Below, piece by piece: positions 8,709 to 18,989 of a DNA stretch of 64,000 nt. A program made the translations under genes and the position numbers. Every line of letters begins with the position of its first letter. Within the stretch, counting starts at the first letter, position 1. Under the pieces are notes generated by a model. It made no database searches. It worked only from the letters and a program-made list of their open reading frames with translations, and was not told the origin of the DNA. The DNA is from Odoribacter sp. (GTDB lineage Bacteria > Bacteroidota > Bacteroidia > Bacteroidales > Muribaculaceae): NCBI GenBank assembly GCA_023663145.1, contig JAMPHZ010000007.1, forward strand, positions 23,028 through 87,027, read 5' to 3'.

Positions 8709-11700
8709 ATGAAGAAAATTTTATGTTTATTCCTATCATCGGCCGTAGCTGTCACTGCGAGTGCCCTTGATGTTGGCGAGTGGATAACCTATGACGGCAT
8801 GGGATTTATGATAACATCCATGGCTGACAAGGAAGTGGAGTTTATGCATTACGAAGGGTCGTCGACAACACTCGAGATTCCATCGACATGGACTGTTCCT
8901 GAAGGATATGGCGAAGCAAGTGGCGAAGTTTTTACAGTGACATCGGTCGGCCCATTTGACGGACACAGTGTAAATCCTAAGATCGTAATTGTGCCTGCTA
9001 CAGTTAAAACTATAAAGAGCGGCACGTTCTCATACGGCGGACTTGAAGAAGTGACATTCTTAGGAAATGTAGAGACACTGGATCGCGAGGCATTAGCCTA
9101 TTCCACGGTTTCGAAGATCACATTTAACGGATATGTGGCAAATGTAGGTGCCGGTTGCTTCTCCTATAGTAGGAATCTGCCTTCTACTTTTGAATTCCCT
9201 GCAGGCCTCAAGTCAATTGATTGCACGGCTTTCACACAATCAGGGATTACAAAAATAACCCTGCCTCAGTCACTTGAGACAGTGACTGTGCCGGAAGGAT
9301 ATCCATCTCAGGAAAAAATGGATGTAACATTCCGTGATGTAGAGGAGATCACTTTTAATGTTGACAATCTGGAAGATTGGTGTTCTACTCCGATCAAGGG
9401 TTACATGGTCGGCGATAGGCAGAGGGTCAATATTTTGTATCGTGAGCGCCCGATAACAAGTCTTACAGTGCCGATGGGTGTTGAGAAACTTAAACCTTAT
9501 GCATTTGCCAGTGTAGCTCTCGGAAACGTAAGCTTGCCCGACGGACTGAAGGAAATCGGAGCAGGTGCATTCATGAACACAGGTATCACATCTATTACTT
9601 TACCCGAAGGCACAACTGTAATAGGTGATGAGGCTTTTGCATATAACGGAGATCTGGCATCAATCAACTGGCCTGCGTCACTTACATCAATCGGTGCATC
9701 CGCTTTCCAGTCTGATAAGGCTTTGTCAACATTAATTGCCGGTCCGGCTCTTGAAGAAATCGGAGCAAAGGCCTTCCTTGACTGCACCGACCTTGAAAAT
9801 GTGACTCTTACAGCCGTTAAGAAGATAGGTGATGAGGCATTCTCAAACTGTCCCCGCATCAAAGAACTTACATTCCCTGACTGTCTTGAGGAGATCGGTG
9901 CGGGAGCGTTCGGCTTCACCAATCTTACAGAACTGAAATTCGGCCCATCTCTGCGTAAGATAGGGGATCTGGCGTTTTATAACTTTCCACCGACTCAATG
10001 GGATTGGGATTCGGAAGAATATAGTAACAAGGGCGCTTCGGTAACTTTTTCCGAGGGCCTCGAGGAGATCGGGCGTGAAGCCTTCAGTGGATTTGCGCTG
10101 CGTGAACTGCGTCTTCCGTCAACATTGAAAACTGTAGGGCATAGCGCATTCAACGGTGCTCTTTTCACTTCGGTAGATATTCCGGCGGCAATGACAAGCA
10201 TCGGTTCGGGAATGTTCGTAGGTTGCTACCGTCTCACTACCGTGAATTTCCATGATAATGTTGAGGAAATTGGTGATGAAGCTTTTATGTACGATGCAAA
10301 TATAACAAGTGTGGCACTGCCGGCTTCTCTCAAAAAGATTGGCAGTAAATCATTTATGGGTACTGGCGTAGTAAATGCATATATCCTTGATGCTGTTACA
10401 TCAATTGGCGCGAATGCTTTCGGTTCCACAAATTCCGGCGAACCGGGTCCGCTTCGTTATATGAAACTCGGTAGCGGAATAACCTCACTTCCCAATCCTG
10501 TAGCTGAATCATGTGATGTTGTGGAAATGGCCTCGTCAACAGCTCCAGTCCTTGGAACTGAACGTTTGGGCTTCACTCCCAAGCTTGTTATTGTGCCGGC
10601 AGGTGCGTTGGCTAACTATCAGGCCAACAATCGTTGGAAAGATTACAACATTGCTGAGGTAAATGGTAAAATAGCCTCAGTATATGTTTCCACTCCCGGC
10701 ACACTTGCCACCGAGATCCGTCTGCAATCAAGCCTTATGCCCGCTCAGGTTACCAATCTGATTGTGGAAGGCGAACTTAACAATGATGACTTTGCCATTA
10801 TCCGCAGTAACATGACTTCGTGTTATGATATAGACTTGTCGCGCGTGACTAACACTACCCTTCCCGAAGCTGTATTTGCCGGAAAGACAATCATGCTTAA
10901 CCTTACACTTCCCACAGGTCTCACTTCTATTCCGGCCGGTGCTTTCAAGGATTGCGCTGTGATGCACCTTGCCGGCATTCCTGAAGGTGTCACCTCAATA
11001 GGCAAAGAGGCTTTCAGCGGATGTGTCAGCATGGACAATGATCTTGTAATTCCTGCGGCTGTAACTTCTATAGCTGATGAGGCATTCGCCGGATGTACCA
11101 GTCTCGCGTCGGTTGATATGAGTGCATGTGGCACACTTGAGCTTGGCAATTCAGTTTTCAATGGCTGCAACAGCCTCGCAACAGTGAAGATGCCGGCTAC
11201 CGCTACAATGATTCCTGAGTATATGTTTGCTAACTCAGGTGTCAGCGCTATAGAGTTACCCGTATCTGTCAAGAATATCAGCGAATGTGCTTTCTCCGGC
11301 ACTGCATCGCTTAAGAATATCGTTCTACCCGAAGGTCTTGAGACCATAGGAGCCTGGGCATTCTCAGGTTCAGGCCTCACCTCACTGAGTGTACCCGGGT
11401 CGGTTAAAGAAATTGGCGAGGCCGCTTTTGAACGCAGCGCGATCGTTTATGCTAACTTTGACAATGGACTCGAAAGCCTGCCGGCATCGGTTCTCGGCAA
11501 CTGTCCCGCTCTGTTGGTCGTGAATCTGCCCGCCACACTCAAGAATGTAGGTGAAGCTTCACTTAACAGTGCAGGTCTGAGCGCTATAAACTCACCTTCT
11601 GTTGAACCTGCTGCGACACAAGGTGCACCATTTGCTTCGGTTGACAACATGACATGTGCCCTTTCGATTCCCAAACCCTCATTCTCCAAATATCTGCTTG

Positions 11701-12281
11701 CAGAATTCTGGGGTTCATTTGTCGGTATACGTAACTGCATTGATGTTACAATACCTGAAGGTACTGATGTTACCTATATGGATGAGGAGGACTATCAGGA
11801 ACTTCTTGAAGATATGGAACAGGAAGAGCAAGAACCTGAAGTTGAACCCGCTGTGAATACCCGTGCCCATGCAATGCGTGTAATGCGTAAAGCAGGTTCG
11901 GTTAATATACGCCGTGGTTACGGAAAACTGTTCAATGGCGCATCACTGTTCCGTGACGGTGGCTCAAAAACCCGGTTCTTCCTTGAGATTGACCCGTCGG
12001 TGACTGAATATACAGTTACTTTCAACGGTCGTGATGTAACCAATAGCATTGACAAGAGCAACAACTCACTCCTGATCGATGGTATTACAGCCGATTCACA
12101 ACTTGTAATAACAAGCAAGGGCTTTCATGGTATACATGATATAGAAGCTATAGATCTGGCTGCACCCATGACAGTTTACAATCTGCAAGGCGTGCAGGTG
12201 GCTACTTCTATTGAAAATCTTCCGGCAGGTATGTATATAGTAAACCAAGCCGGTACTACCCGTAAGATTACTGTGAAATAA
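8709..12281 (+). CDS. BspA-type leucine-rich-repeat (LRR_5) surface protein with C-terminal T9SS-type sorting signal
   Basis: Many LxxLxLPxxLxxIGxxAF repeats; signal peptide; C-terminus VYNLQGVQV...LPAGMYIV...RKITVK. Confidence 0.88.
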   Translation: MKKILCLFLSSAVAVTASALDVGEWITYDGMGFMITSMADKEVEFMHYEGSSTTLEIPSTWTVPEGYGEASGEVFTVTSVGPFDGHSVNPKIVIVPATVKTIKSGTFSYGGLEEVTFLGNVETLDREALAYSTVSKITFNGYVANVGAGCFSYSRNLPSTFEFPAGLKSIDCTAFTQSGITKITLPQSLETVTVPEGYPSQEKMDVTFRDVEEITFNVDNLEDWCSTPIKGYMVGDRQRVNILYRERPITSLTVPMGVEKLKPYAFASVALGNVSLPDGLKEIGAGAFMNTGITSITLPEGTTVIGDEAFAYNGDLASINWPASLTSIGASAFQSDKALSTLIAGPALEEIGAKAFLDCTDLENVTLTAVKKIGDEAFSNCPRIKELTFPDCLEEIGAGAFGFTNLTELKFGPSLRKIGDLAFYNFPPTQWDWDSEEYSNKGASVTFSEGLEEIGREAFSGFALRELRLPSTLKTVGHSAFNGALFTSVDIPAAMTSIGSGMFVGCYRLTTVNFHDNVEEIGDEAFMYDANITSVALPASLKKIGSKSFMGTGVVNAYILDAVTSIGANAFGSTNSGEPGPLRYMKLGSGITSLPNPVAESCDVVEMASSTAPVLGTERLGFTPKLVIVPAGALANYQANNRWKDYNIAEVNGKIASVYVSTPGTLATEIRLQSSLMPAQVTNLIVEGELNNDDFAIIRSNMTSCYDIDLSRVTNTTLPEAVFAGKTIMLNLTLPTGLTSIPAGAFKDCAVMHLAGIPEGVTSIGKEAFSGCVSMDNDLVIPAAVTSIADEAFAGCTSLASVDMSACGTLELGNSVFNGCNSLATVKMPATATMIPEYMFANSGVSAIELPVSVKNISECAFSGTASLKNIVLPEGLETIGAWAFSGSGLTSLSVPGSVKEIGEAAFERSAIVYANFDNGLESLPASVLGNCPALLVVNLPATLKNVGEASLNSAGLSAINSPSVEPAATQGAPFASVDNMTCALSIPKPSFSKYLLAEFWGSFVGIRNCIDVTIPEGTDVTYMDEEDYQELLEDMEQEEQEPEVEPAVNTRAHAMRVMRKAGSVNIRRGYGKLFNGASLFRDGGSKTRFFLEIDPSVTEYTVTFNGRDVTNSIDKSNNSLLIDGITADSQLVITSKGFHGIHDIEAIDLAAPMTVYNLQGVQVATSIENLPAGMYIVNQAGTTRKITVK

Positions 12282-12291
12282 CAGGCGGTTT

Positions 12292-12349
12292 CCTATAACA
12301 AAGAAGAAGACCCGGTCAGTCAAGGCCGGGTCTTCTTCTTTGTTATAGG
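12292..12349. terminator. Bidirectional terminator, 24-bp perfect inverted repeat between the convergent LRR gene and comEC
   Basis: CCTATAACAAAGAAGAAGACCCGG / CCGGGTCTTCTTCTTTGTTATAGG with a 10-nt loop. Confidence 0.75.
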
Positions 12350-12370
12350 CATTCTCACTTTGAGAGTCGG

Positions 12371-14359
12371 TTACAGAACGGGGAGACGGTGGCGCAGGTC
12401 AATGGCCGGAACTCCGGCGCGGGTGGCCGCCTGCATTATTGTGGCCGCACGCCCACGTGTGAGCTCACTGCCTATGAGAACCGTGTCGCACGGCTGGATT
12501 CTGAGTAGGTTGTCAGGAGAGCCGCGGAAGCGTTTGCCTATTAGAAGAAATCCGGTATGCGTGCGCTGCACCGTGTCGTTTTTTGTAGCCGATGTGGCAA
12601 TTGTGATAGTGGTGGCCGATGAAGTAACGGAAGGATAATCAGTGATGAATATCAGCGAATCCATGCCATTTATTTCCGCATAGTTGCTGAGGCGTCGTTC
12701 AAGGCGTTTCCTCTCTCCTTCATGCCCGCGTGCTCCGGCTGTGTGCAGCACATATAACGAGGCGTCTTTACGCTGTACAATTGCTGTGGCTGTGGTCCCC
12801 CGCACCAGGAAGGTCCTGTTCTCGGAATCAGTGCCGGCGTTCAGTGGCAGTGATATCAAGAACAGCGCGCATGCTATGCCGGCATAAATAAATGTATGTC
12901 TGGTATTCATGTTTATTGCTACAGCAACGGTGATTATCAGTGCTGTTGCGGCAAGTATAGTGGCCGGGGCAACATGAAGGTTTGTAATTTCGGCCATTGG
13001 CAGTGACGCTATGGCATCGGTACCTTGTGTGACTATATCGGTGAGCGTGTCAAGTGCGGATGCCAGCAATGAGGTGTCAAATCCGGTTGCCGAGATGATT
13101 AGCAGTAATATCCCACCGCACATCCACACCGGCATCACAAGAGCGATTGCAATGTTTGGAATCAGAAACAGCAATGGCAGAGAGTGAAAGTGTGCTATTG
13201 TAAGCGGGAGTGTCCCAAGGACGGCTGCCAATGGAACAACGCATGCAGCCGCGGCCATGTGCAGCCGATGGCGGCGTGGCGGAACAGGATTAAGTGGTCC
13301 GGAGAATGCCAGTATCCCTGCTACAGCAGCTACAGATAATTGTAGTCCGGGGGAAAATATGCTTAAAGGACTGCATGCGGCGATTATCAGCACAGCCATG
13401 CACAGGGAGTTGAATGGATATGCGCTGCGGCCTGCTGCAAATGACAGAAGATAGACTGATGCCATTATCACCGAGCGGGTGACTGACGGCGGGAAGCCTG
13501 TGAGTGCTGCGTAGAACCATATAAGAATGATAGAAAGTAAAAAACGGAATTTCCGCAGACGCCAAAAGGCTCTGAGTGGGTAAAGTGCCATTGATATGAC
13601 AAGCACAATCACACCTACATGAAAACCGCTCAGTGCAAGTGCGTGGGCGACTCCGGCAGTACGGAACCCCGAGCGTATATCCTCCGGGACCTCGTCATCA
13701 TACCCTACCAACAGGGCCGACAGCACCGCGAACGTTGAATCATTGATGCCGCTGTGGGCAAGTAATGAAACTATACGGCTACGGTATCTGTAAAACAGGT
13801 ATTGGACTCCTGCAGGATTACATCTTGTGTCAGGTTCCATCTCCTCTGCAAAAGCAGTGGCCGTGACACCCCGGCACAGATAATATGTAGACATGTCAGT
13901 CTCAAATGGTATGTCAAGCCATGACGCGGTTGGATGCAACGCGGCGATAGCTGTGGCACAATAGCCAGACAGAGGCGTTTTTCCACCGGGCAATTGGTAT
14001 ATCATGGCTGAGAATGTTGGTACCGGCCGATGATCGATTGAGTCAATGGACATCCTGCATGATGTTGAGGAAGTCCCTTGTCGTACATCTGTTATGAGTC
14101 CTGACAATAGGTGCTGTTCTCCGTCAAGTGCAGCACCCGGAGGTGCAGGTGGATCGTTTATATAAGCCAATCCCCATCCAATTCCTGTCGTGATAAAAAA
14201 TAAGGCGGCGTAATGATGTCTCAGTATCATGAAAACGCACCCGGCAATGGCCAAAGCCATGGCAACAGCCCATGGTGTACCATATCGCCACATTACAATG
14301 CCTGCAACAATGCCTATGGCCGGCGCCGCGGCAGGATGTGTGGAGAATGGCGCTTTCAT
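12371..14359 (-). CDS. comEC: ComEC/Rec2 family competence membrane protein
   Basis: GVAHALALSGFHVG, TG..PSVTRSVIM, FSPGLQLS competence-domain motifs; many TM segments. Confidence 0.85.
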   Translation of the reverse strand: MKAPFSTHPAAAPAIGIVAGIVMWRYGTPWAVAMALAIAGCVFMILRHHYAALFFITTGIGWGLAYINDPPAPPGAALDGEQHLLSGLITDVRQGTSSTSCRMSIDSIDHRPVPTFSAMIYQLPGGKTPLSGYCATAIAALHPTASWLDIPFETDMSTYYLCRGVTATAFAEEMEPDTRCNPAGVQYLFYRYRSRIVSLLAHSGINDSTFAVLSALLVGYDDEVPEDIRSGFRTAGVAHALALSGFHVGVIVLVISMALYPLRAFWRLRKFRFLLSIILIWFYAALTGFPPSVTRSVIMASVYLLSFAAGRSAYPFNSLCMAVLIIAACSPLSIFSPGLQLSVAAVAGILAFSGPLNPVPPRRHRLHMAAAACVVPLAAVLGTLPLTIAHFHSLPLLFLIPNIAIALVMPVWMCGGILLLIISATGFDTSLLASALDTLTDIVTQGTDAIASLPMAEITNLHVAPATILAATALIITVAVAINMNTRHTFIYAGIACALFLISLPLNAGTDSENRTFLVRGTTATAIVQRKDASLYVLHTAGARGHEGERKRLERRLSNYAEINGMDSLIFITDYPSVTSSATTITIATSATKNDTVQRTHTGFLLIGKRFRGSPDNLLRIQPCDTVLIGSELTRGRAATIMQAATRAGVPAIDLRHRLPVL

Positions 14360-14377
14360 GTCGCGCTCATGCAGGTA

Positions 14378-15346
14378 TTACTGCACGGTATTGATTACGA
14401 TGAAAAAGCTTGAGATACTTATGATGACCCATAGAGCCACGGCAAGCAGCAGGGGTTTGACTCCTACAGTCTTTATCATTTTCAAGGTGAGTGAGGCTCC
14501 AATCATGAAAAGTGTGACAACCATACCACGGCGGGCAATCCATACCATTGTGTCAACGAACCATGTGGGTAATGCCACATATGTATTTACTATCATGGCA
14601 GCTACAAATATGAATATGAACCAAGGAATTGATACCTTCCCCGTCTTGTCACGGAATATGAACATGGTGGCGAAGGCAAGAGGGATGATCCATAGGGCGC
14701 GTGTGAGTTTTATCAGAGTGGCGGTCTGCAACGCTGTCTCCCCAAATATCTCGCCGGCGCCCACTACTGATGATGTGTCATGGATGGCGATTGCAGCCCA
14801 TGTGCCGAACTGAGTCTGGGTCATATCAAAAAGATGACCTAATGGCGGGAATATGAAAAGGGCTATTGAATTGAGTATAAAGATAACACCAAGGGCTACA
14901 CCCATTTCGTTGCTGTCAGCTTTTACTACAGGTCCTACGGCTGCGATAGCGCTGCCGCCGCATATTGCTGTGCCGGATGAGATGAGATATGCTGTTTTGC
15001 GGTTGATATGGAGCCAGTAGCCAAACATCACTCCGAGCACCATCACTCCGATTACAGATACAATGGTAAACATCATGCCGTCGGCACCGCTTTTGAGCGA
15101 TTCCTGCAGGTTCATGTTGAATCCAAGGCATACGACCGCTACCTGAAGCAGGTATTTCGATGTCTTCTTATTGAATTTCGGGCATGGATTCTCGAAGATA
15201 AAGGCAAAAACAAGCCCTAATGCAAGCGCGATAGGCGCAGAGATGTTAGGCAGTCCAAATGTATCGAATGGGATAAGGATGAGAACTATCAGCGTTATAT
15301 AGATGTATTTCGCTATGCCAGATTTATTTGTGACGGATGTTTCCAT
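14378..15346 (-). CDS. YeiH family putative sulfate exporter (PSE) membrane protein
   Basis: LISSGTAICGGSAIAA, FGTWAAIAIHDTSSVVGAG, IKLTRALWI. Confidence 0.88.
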   Translation of the reverse strand: METSVTNKSGIAKYIYITLIVLILIPFDTFGLPNISAPIALALGLVFAFIFENPCPKFNKKTSKYLLQVAVVCLGFNMNLQESLKSGADGMMFTIVSVIGVMVLGVMFGYWLHINRKTAYLISSGTAICGGSAIAAVGPVVKADSNEMGVALGVIFILNSIALFIFPPLGHLFDMTQTQFGTWAAIAIHDTSSVVGAGEIFGETALQTATLIKLTRALWIIPLAFATMFIFRDKTGKVSIPWFIFIFVAAMIVNTYVALPTWFVDTMVWIARRGMVVTLFMIGASLTLKMIKTVGVKPLLLAVALWVIISISSFFIVINTVQ

Positions 15347-15356
15347 AATATGTTAA

Positions 15357-16124
15357 TTATTTGTTCCATATATTCCATGCCACGAACGCTTGCAACAGCA
15401 GCATTTCAAGCCCATTTTTAACTGTTGCGCCTGCTTCGGCGGCTTTTTTCATAAACAGGGTCCGGTCGGGATTATAAAGAAGATCATAGCAGATGTGCCG
15501 GCTGCCGAGGGCCTCATAGGGAATATCAGGGCATGTGTCAACGTTCGGATACATGCCGAGCGGAGTCGTATTGACGATGATCTGATAATCCTCAATAACC
15601 TCGGGTGTGATGTCACCGTAGGTCAGCACTCCTTCTTTTGGAGTCCGGGATACCTTCATTACCTCGATTCCAAATGAGCCGAGTGCGTGTGCTATAGCCT
15701 TAGATGCTCCACCTGTTCCCAATACGAGCGCGCGGCGATGCACGCCGGCCACAATCATAGGGCGTATTGAGTCGGCGAATCCGGTCGCATCGCTGTTGTA
15801 GCCTTTCAGGCTGATGCTCCCGTCAGGCTGATGGTAAATTTTTATTACGTTTACAGCACCTATTTCGCGTGCCTCGGGGTCAATGGCGTCAAGATAGGGT
15901 ATGATCTGTTCTTTATAGGGGATTGTCACATTAAGTCCTGCAAGGTTGCTTCGTGACGCGAGCACCTCGGCTAAATGGGTGATTGAAGGTAACTCGAAAT
16001 TTACGTAACGTGCATTTATGTGCTCGGACTCAAATTTCTGGTTGAAGAAGCTTTGTGAGAAAGAATGACCGAGCGGTCTACCTATAAGACCGAAAATACG
16101 TTCAAATTGCCCTAAGTTTTCCAT
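15357..16124 (-). CDS. aroE: Shikimate dehydrogenase
   Basis: GRPLGHSFS, GLNVTIPYK, IGAVN, GYNSD, LGTGGA, YDLLYNP, NGLEML. Confidence 0.92.
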   Translation of the reverse strand: MENLGQFERIFGLIGRPLGHSFSQSFFNQKFESEHINARYVNFELPSITHLAEVLASRSNLAGLNVTIPYKEQIIPYLDAIDPEAREIGAVNVIKIYHQPDGSISLKGYNSDATGFADSIRPMIVAGVHRRALVLGTGGASKAIAHALGSFGIEVMKVSRTPKEGVLTYGDITPEVIEDYQIIVNTTPLGMYPNVDTCPDIPYEALGSRHICYDLLYNPDRTLFMKKAAEAGATVKNGLEMLLLQAFVAWNIWNK

Positions 16125-16185
16125 ATCTGCTAATTATTGTTGCAAAGGTACACAAAAACTGTCATATGGAGTGTAAAATGCCTGA

Positions 16186-17355
16186 TTATTCAGGCGCTGT
16201 GAGCGCAAAAAGTGTGATCAAGGGATAGTGGTCACTCGAACGTTGTGATGGGCGGCTCATACGCAAGGGGTGCAGGCATCCTCGGTATAGTGTGTGGTCA
16301 ATGCGGAAGTAGAACCGGTTGGCATTGAATGTGATCATTGGTCCGAAACCTACTTCCGGATATACCTGGTGCAGATCACAGTCGGCCAATCGTCGTAAAG
16401 TATAGCATCCGGGCACGTCATTGAAGTCTCCTGTGACTATCACGTTGGGGCCGCCGAGACGTGTTATATATGATATGAGACGTTCGGCATCAAGTTCCCG
16501 GAATTCAGCTGCAGTCTGTATTTTTGACAGAAGCTGAGATTTGATATCGAATATGCTTTCTTTTATAGACGCTTCATTTTTGTGCAGGTCGGTAAGCTCG
16601 CGGTAAAGTTCTTTGTCATCTTTGCGCAGGTGGTATGCCTCAAGGTGGACATTGAATATCGTAATATCAACTCCATCGACTGTCACGCGGAACACTGCGA
16701 TTTCATTTGGTCTTTTCTTGGCTTTGGTGGCTGCGCTGTAACCGGTAGGTATCACTTCGGCCGGATATTTTGACAGGATCATCTGTGTGAGCCCGTTTGT
16801 GAGAACATATGGGTATCGACGGTGAAGTGAATCAATTTGCGACGGGTGTATTTTTATATATGATTTCGTGGATGACAGGCTTGCCGCTTCCTGTAGACAC
16901 ACAATGTCGGGGTCGGCCCGCAGTATGAGAGACAATGTGGGGTTCATTCCGCCTGGATAGATTGTATCCTGGTCAAGGAAGTTGCACACATTATATGACA
17001 TTAGCGTGAATTTGGGGCAATCCTTGTATTTTTCTAAAGATGGCTTTGTGATATTTAGAGGGAAGAAATCCCATAGGGCTGTGGCGGCAGCAATGAATGT
17101 GACGAGGCTTATCACCAATGCTTTCCGGCACCATAACGCATCAAGGATAGTCATTATGACCAGGAGCGTGGCCCAGGCCGGGAATGTCAGTATCATGAGG
17201 CATAGCCCACGGTAGCGCGAAGGCGAGAAGTCACCTCCATATGCACCGGCAAGTGTGCCGATTGCGGCTATGAGGGTGAGAGATACGAGCAATACAGTGA
17301 GTGCCCCGCGCCAGAAACTGCGTGCTTTTGTCAATTGGCTCTTTGTAGTGGTCAT
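16186..17355 (-). CDS. Endonuclease/exonuclease/phosphatase family protein with N-terminal TM helices
   Basis: SYNV, DIVCLQE, TGDFND, RIDH, SDHYP. Confidence 0.88.
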   Translation of the reverse strand: MTTTKSQLTKARSFWRGALTVLLVSLTLIAAIGTLAGAYGGDFSPSRYRGLCLMILTFPAWATLLVIMTILDALWCRKALVISLVTFIAAATALWDFFPLNITKPSLEKYKDCPKFTLMSYNVCNFLDQDTIYPGGMNPTLSLILRADPDIVCLQEAASLSSTKSYIKIHPSQIDSLHRRYPYVLTNGLTQMILSKYPAEVIPTGYSAATKAKKRPNEIAVFRVTVDGVDITIFNVHLEAYHLRKDDKELYRELTDLHKNEASIKESIFDIKSQLLSKIQTAAEFRELDAERLISYITRLGGPNVIVTGDFNDVPGCYTLRRLADCDLHQVYPEVGFGPMITFNANRFYFRIDHTLYRGCLHPLRMSRPSQRSSDHYPLITLFALTAPE

Positions 17356-18032
17356 GGGTGCGTGATGTTATCGCTGAGCTGTTGCCTTTCAGCCGGGGTC
17401 AATGAAGAGTATCCTGATTGCCGGGCACGTGATAAGATTTGATTGTATCGGTCACTGCCAATGGTCGTGACTTTGTTTGTTCGCCGGTAGATTATGGATG
17501 AGGCCACTCCGGCAAGTATGCCTCCGAAATGAGCTATGGCTCCACCGGGATTTATACCAACAATGCCGTGCATCACAACGAAGGCTGAGAATATCGCAGC
17601 CGCCGTCGTAAACCGGGAGCGCCGCAACCGTCGCAAGGGTTGCTGTGAACAACCCAAGGCGGCTACGCACATGGCCAATGCTGCGGCGGAAGCACCCTCG
17701 AGTGTGGTGTCGTGGGTATTCCATAAGGTGCATGCCGCCAGAAATGCTGTGCCACCCGCTATTCCTCCGGACATGAATGTGGCTGTTGTGATCCATGGTC
17801 CGACACGTCTCTCAAGCCATGCGCCTGCTATCGTAATAATTGCTATGTTGGTAGCGATATGAAGCATATGGCTGTGGGTAAACATATATGTTATTAACTG
17901 TGGCCAGACGGTGTCTTGTGACAGACTGAGCACGGAAGTGTCGGCGCCGAGCACGGCAGCGGCGTAGACTGCAGTGTTGACCGTTGCCAACAACCATACA
18001 GCTGAGAGGGAATATGCCGTGCGCTGCTTCAT
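17352..18032 (-). CDS. Rhomboid intramembrane serine protease
   Basis: TYMFTH..MLHIATN, GASAA catalytic Ser, AHFGG catalytic His. Confidence 0.8.
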   Translation of the reverse strand: MKQRTAYSLSAVWLLATVNTAVYAAAVLGADTSVLSLSQDTVWPQLITYMFTHSHMLHIATNIAIITIAGAWLERRVGPWITTATFMSGGIAGGTAFLAACTLWNTHDTTLEGASAAALAMCVAALGCSQQPLRRLRRSRFTTAAAIFSAFVVMHGIVGINPGGAIAHFGGILAGVASSIIYRRTNKVTTIGSDRYNQILSRARQSGYSSLTPAERQQLSDNITHP

Positions 18033-18035
18033 TAA

Positions 18036-18773
18036 TCAGAAGAACCAGTGGTTGTTGAATACTCCTTTCTTTTTCCAGTAAAGGATGAGAATTATGCCGG
18101 CGATCATGCCGCCGAGGTGTGCGAAATGTGCGACATTATCTACAGTATTTCCAAGTCCCATGGTTAGCTCAAGCACGCCGTAACCTATCACAAGCCACTT
18201 TGCTTTGATGGGCACCGGAATGAAGAAGAGGTATACGGGCTGGTTTGGAAAGAGCATGCCGAAGGCGAGAATGATACCGTATATGGCACCTGATGCGCCT
18301 ACCATAGGCCCGTTGACAAGCGCATTCAGAGTTCCTAATGTAGGGTCGCTGAAGTTCATGCCCTGTTGCATCGCGCGCCAGCCTTCTTCTATTACGTATT
18401 GCACCTCTGAAGCAGGCAATATCGATGTGTAATTATGGATCATTATTGCATAGACACCCATCTGGCAAAGACCTGCAAGTAATCCGCAACTGACGTAATA
18501 GAACAGGAAACGGGCCGGTCCCATGGAGCGTTCGATTATGCCTCCGAACATCACCAACGCAAACATGTTGAAGAAAAGGTGGGTGAAATTGGCGTGGATG
18601 AACATATACGTCATCAACTGAGCCACGTTAAACCCCGGTGAGGTGAAATAGTGTAGGGCACCATAGCGGGTGAGAGAGGCGTCAAGAGATGGAATGAATA
18701 TTGTGACTGCCCATATCAGTATGTTGATTATGAGAAGATTCTTCGTTACGGGTGGTAGGCTGGGGAAGCGCAT
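18036..18773 (-). CDS. Rhomboid intramembrane serine protease
   Basis: TYMFIHANFTHLFFNM, VGASGA, AHFAHLGG. Confidence 0.9.
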   Translation of the reverse strand: MRFPSLPPVTKNLLIINILIWAVTIFIPSLDASLTRYGALHYFTSPGFNVAQLMTYMFIHANFTHLFFNMFALVMFGGIIERSMGPARFLFYYVSCGLLAGLCQMGVYAIMIHNYTSILPASEVQYVIEEGWRAMQQGMNFSDPTLGTLNALVNGPMVGASGAIYGIILAFGMLFPNQPVYLFFIPVPIKAKWLVIGYGVLELTMGLGNTVDNVAHFAHLGGMIAGIILILYWKKKGVFNNHWFF

Positions 18774-18873
18774 GTTTATGACAGTTATTTATATTAACCT
18801 GCAAATTTAGCCAAAAAATCGTGGGTTGCCAATAGGATTGTCATTCAGGCGTATTAAAAAATCAAAATGATGC

Positions 18874-18910
18874 AAAAAAATACCCCTTGTGGCTTTTGGA
18901 CCACAAGGGG
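18874..18910 (-). terminator. Intrinsic terminator downstream of nagA
   Basis: CCCCTTGTGG/CCACAAGGGG stem with an A7 run on the left, read as a U-tract on the minus strand. Confidence 0.65.
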
Positions 18911-18989
18911 AGTCTGTTTTATAGACAAAGGGAAAAATAGTTGCTTCTTAAAAAATCGATAATTTGTAATTAAAAATAGTGTTAGAACA

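Noticed and set aside
8709-11700. Periodic sequence in the LRR gene as a CRISPR array or DNA tandem repeat
   Set aside because: The periodicity is at protein level (LRR_5) with degenerate codons; no identical repeats with spacers, and no cas genes.
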